Shown piece by piece: positions 33,701-35,589 of a stretch of DNA of 35,589 nt. Under the pieces are notes generated by a model. The model had not been told where the DNA came from. It saw nothing but the letters and a program-made list of their open reading frames with translations, and ran no database searches. The translations under genes and the position numbers were made by a program. This stretch comes from Malacoraja senta (taxonomy: Eukaryota), in NCBI GenBank assembly GCA_038087875.1, contig JAXLNO010000368.1, positions 1-35,589 on the forward strand, written 5' to 3'. Every line of letters begins with the position of its first letter. Within the stretch, counting starts at the first letter, position 1.

Positions 33701-34840
33701 GTCTCCGCTTGCGCTGCCTGTAACAGTCTCCTGCCTCATCAGCAGCGCCAGCCCCTCCTGCGGCAGCCGGCCCACGAGCTACCGTGGATGTCTGTTGCTA
33801 CGGACCTTTTCGAATGGCGTGGCAAGCACTTCCTGGTCCTGGTGGACTCATACTCCAGTTGGTTTGAGGTGGATCAGCTGCCTTCCATCACCTCTGCCGC
33901 CGTCATCGGGAAGCTTCGCCGCCACTTTTGCACCTTCGGATCCCCAGTGACCCTCCAATCGGACAACGGCAGCCAGTTCTCCAGCGCCGAGTTCCGTGCC
34001 TTCGCTGCCCGTTGGAACTTTCGCCATATCACCAGCAGCCCTGAGTATCCGCAGAGCAACGGCCTTGCGGAACGCGCCGTCCGCAGTGCCAAGGAGCTGC
34101 TGGAACACTGCCGCCTTTCACATTCCGACTTCTACCTTGCCCTCCTCAACCTCCGAAACATTTCCCGCGACCCCGCGCTCGGTTCACCTGCCCATCGCCT
34201 CATGTCCCGCACCACTAGACCACCTCTCCCTGTCTCGCAACAGTCCCTCAAACCCTCGGGCCAGAACCCTGCCGCTGTCACAGAGCGCATCATCGAGAAG
34301 AAAGCCATCCAGAAGCGCTCCTTTGACAAGTCGGCCCGGCCGCTTCCTTGCCTGTTCCCGGGCCAGGTAGTTCGGATGCAGTCCCCCTCCGGGCACTACA
34401 GGCTGGCCGTAGTGGTTGGTAATGCCGGCTCTCCCCGGTCATACCTCGTCGACTATGAGGGCGCTATCTACCGTCGGTCACGCCAGCACCTCCTGCTCGT
34501 CAACGAGCCTCCTCCGCCTCCCGCGGACCCGTTTCAGCCACCTATCCCTTCCATTCTGCCCGAGGCTCCGCCAGCCCCTGTCACTCCTCGCATGTCGCGG
34601 AAACTGCCCTCCCAGCTCTCTATGCCCCGCGCTCGCAAGTCTCTTTCCCCTGCCTCGCCTGCCAGCGTGCCTGTTTCGCCTCGCTGTTCTCCTCCGTCTC
34701 CGGTTCGTTCCCCACCCGGCTCTCCCACTTCTGTCCCTGACTCTGTCCCTTCTGCTCCTGCGGTTGAGGGGGAATGCGGGTTGCGCACCCGCTCTGGCCG
34801 GTTGGTCAAGCCGCCTGTCCGTTATGGGGAGCTCGCTTAG
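30721..34840 (+). pseudogene. gag-pol polyprotein (single-ORF type), disrupted
   Basis: Gag with zinc knuckle CNSCGKLNHFSAAC; protease KVDIGA (DTG changed to DIG); RT LDAKSSFWQI and IVDDIL; RNase H CDASKFG and ETDHQPL; integrase ATDLF, SDNG, SNGLAERAV. Frameshifts near 31860 and 32680; stops near 32214 and 33263. Confidence 0.95.
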
Positions 34841-34933
34841 CTGTGTTATGACACGATTAACTGTTCCCGGCGCGGTTTGTAATCCTAGCGTATGAGCCGT
34901 GGTCGCTCTGTGTATTGCCATGCTTTTGTTTCC

Positions 34934-34944
34934 AAGAGGAGGGA
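34934..34944 (+). promoter_or_regulatory. Polypurine tract
   Basis: AAGAGGAGGGA immediately before the 3' LTR. Confidence 0.85.
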
Positions 34945-35148
34945 TGTAGATCAGTGCATGTTCCTTTAATATAGTGACCTCACCACTACTAACCACTCCA
35001 CATTGTCTCTCGTATAATTGCAAGGTCCCCACCTCCAGCCCGTTCTCTAGCTCCAGTGATGACCACGGACAGCTATTGCATAGTGTGTGTTCGTGATTAT
35101 AATAAACCCTTAGTAAAAGACTCTGTGTAGGTATCAAGTCATTTTACA
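34945..35148 (+). repeat. 3' LTR
   Basis: TGTAGATCAG...ATTTTACA; contains AATAAA at ~35101. Confidence 0.95.
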
Positions 35149-35164
35149 GAAACATTACTTGGCG

Positions 35165-35290
35165 ATTAACTCAAAATCTTCCATAAATAAAACACAACGC
35201 GTTGGAGTAACTCGGCGGATCAGGCGGCATCTGTGGAAGGAATGGATTTGCGACATTACCGGTCAGGAGCCGTCTTCGGACTTAAGAAGC
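35165..35290 (-). mobile_element. Penelope-like tail fragment
   Basis: ggagtaactcggcggatcaggcggcatctgtggaaggaatgg is the inverted tail; degenerate hammerhead gtccgaagacggctcctgacc. Confidence 0.55.
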
Positions 35291-35492
35291 GGCCCGACCG
35301 GTACCGTTGCCTACAGAGTCAAGATTCAAGATTCAAGAGTGTTTTATTGTCATATGTCCCAGTTAGAACAATGACATTGTTACTTGCAGCAGCACAACAG
35401 AATATGTAAACGTAGTACATTCTAAACAATATAATCAACGAGAGAAAAATAGGTCAGTGTGGTGTGTACATACACATATCCACCCATATACC

Positions 35493-35582
35493 GTCCGAAG
35501 TTCTGGACCCGAAACGTCACCCATTCCTTCTCTCCATGATACCTGTCCCGCTGAATTACTCCAGCTTTTTGTGTCTATCTTC
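35493..35582 (+). mobile_element. Penelope-like tail fragment with hammerhead 3' half
   Basis: gtccgaag...gacccGAAACGTCacccattccttctctcc...gtgtctatct. Confidence 0.6.
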
Positions 35583-35589
35583 GTTTTAA

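Larger units (their letters stand above)
30420..35148 (+). mobile_element. Full-length decayed Ty3/Gypsy LTR retrotransposon (Mag-like)
   Basis: Two 204-bp LTRs, PBS, PPT, gag-PR-RT-RH-IN order, and a 5-bp flanking repeat AAAAC/GAAAC with one mismatch. Confidence 0.96.

Noticed and set aside
31195-35137. Antisense and alternate-frame ORFs within the Gypsy element
   Set aside because: Expected shadows of a GC-rich coding region; no independent domain evidence.

Overview
Eukaryotic, repeat-rich vertebrate DNA. The repeat set (V-SINE/HE1-like SINEs, CR1/HER1-like LINE tails, Rex1-like tails, Penelope-like tails) points to a cartilaginous fish, probably a skate or ray; this is inference. Two host genes face each other tail-to-tail. 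(1) On the + strand is the 3' half of an MHC class I-like gene: an Ig-C1/alpha3 exon (4619-4885, with an in-frame TAG where the conserved Trp should be), a transmembrane exon (8670-8777), and a putative last exon about 10 kb further on (18858-18898) that adds a short tail containing YQNI, followed by poly(A) signals. (2) On the - strand is the large exon of a GPR139-like class A GPCR (30366-29436) with two frameshifts in homopolymer runs. Large mobile elements are a decayed near-full-length L1-clade LINE (11873-17688, -) inside the last MHC intron, a head-to-tail trimer of a non-autonomous Helitron-like element (21666-23035), a hAT-like insertion with an 8-bp TSD (19876-20522), and a decayed full-length Ty3/Gypsy (Mag-like) LTR retrotransposon (30420-35148) just upstream of the GPCR splice acceptor. 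Several Penelope-like tails carry degenerate minimal hammerhead ribozyme motifs. Most short ORFs in the supplied track are spurious or transposon-derived. Boundaries of the old repeat fragments are approximate.
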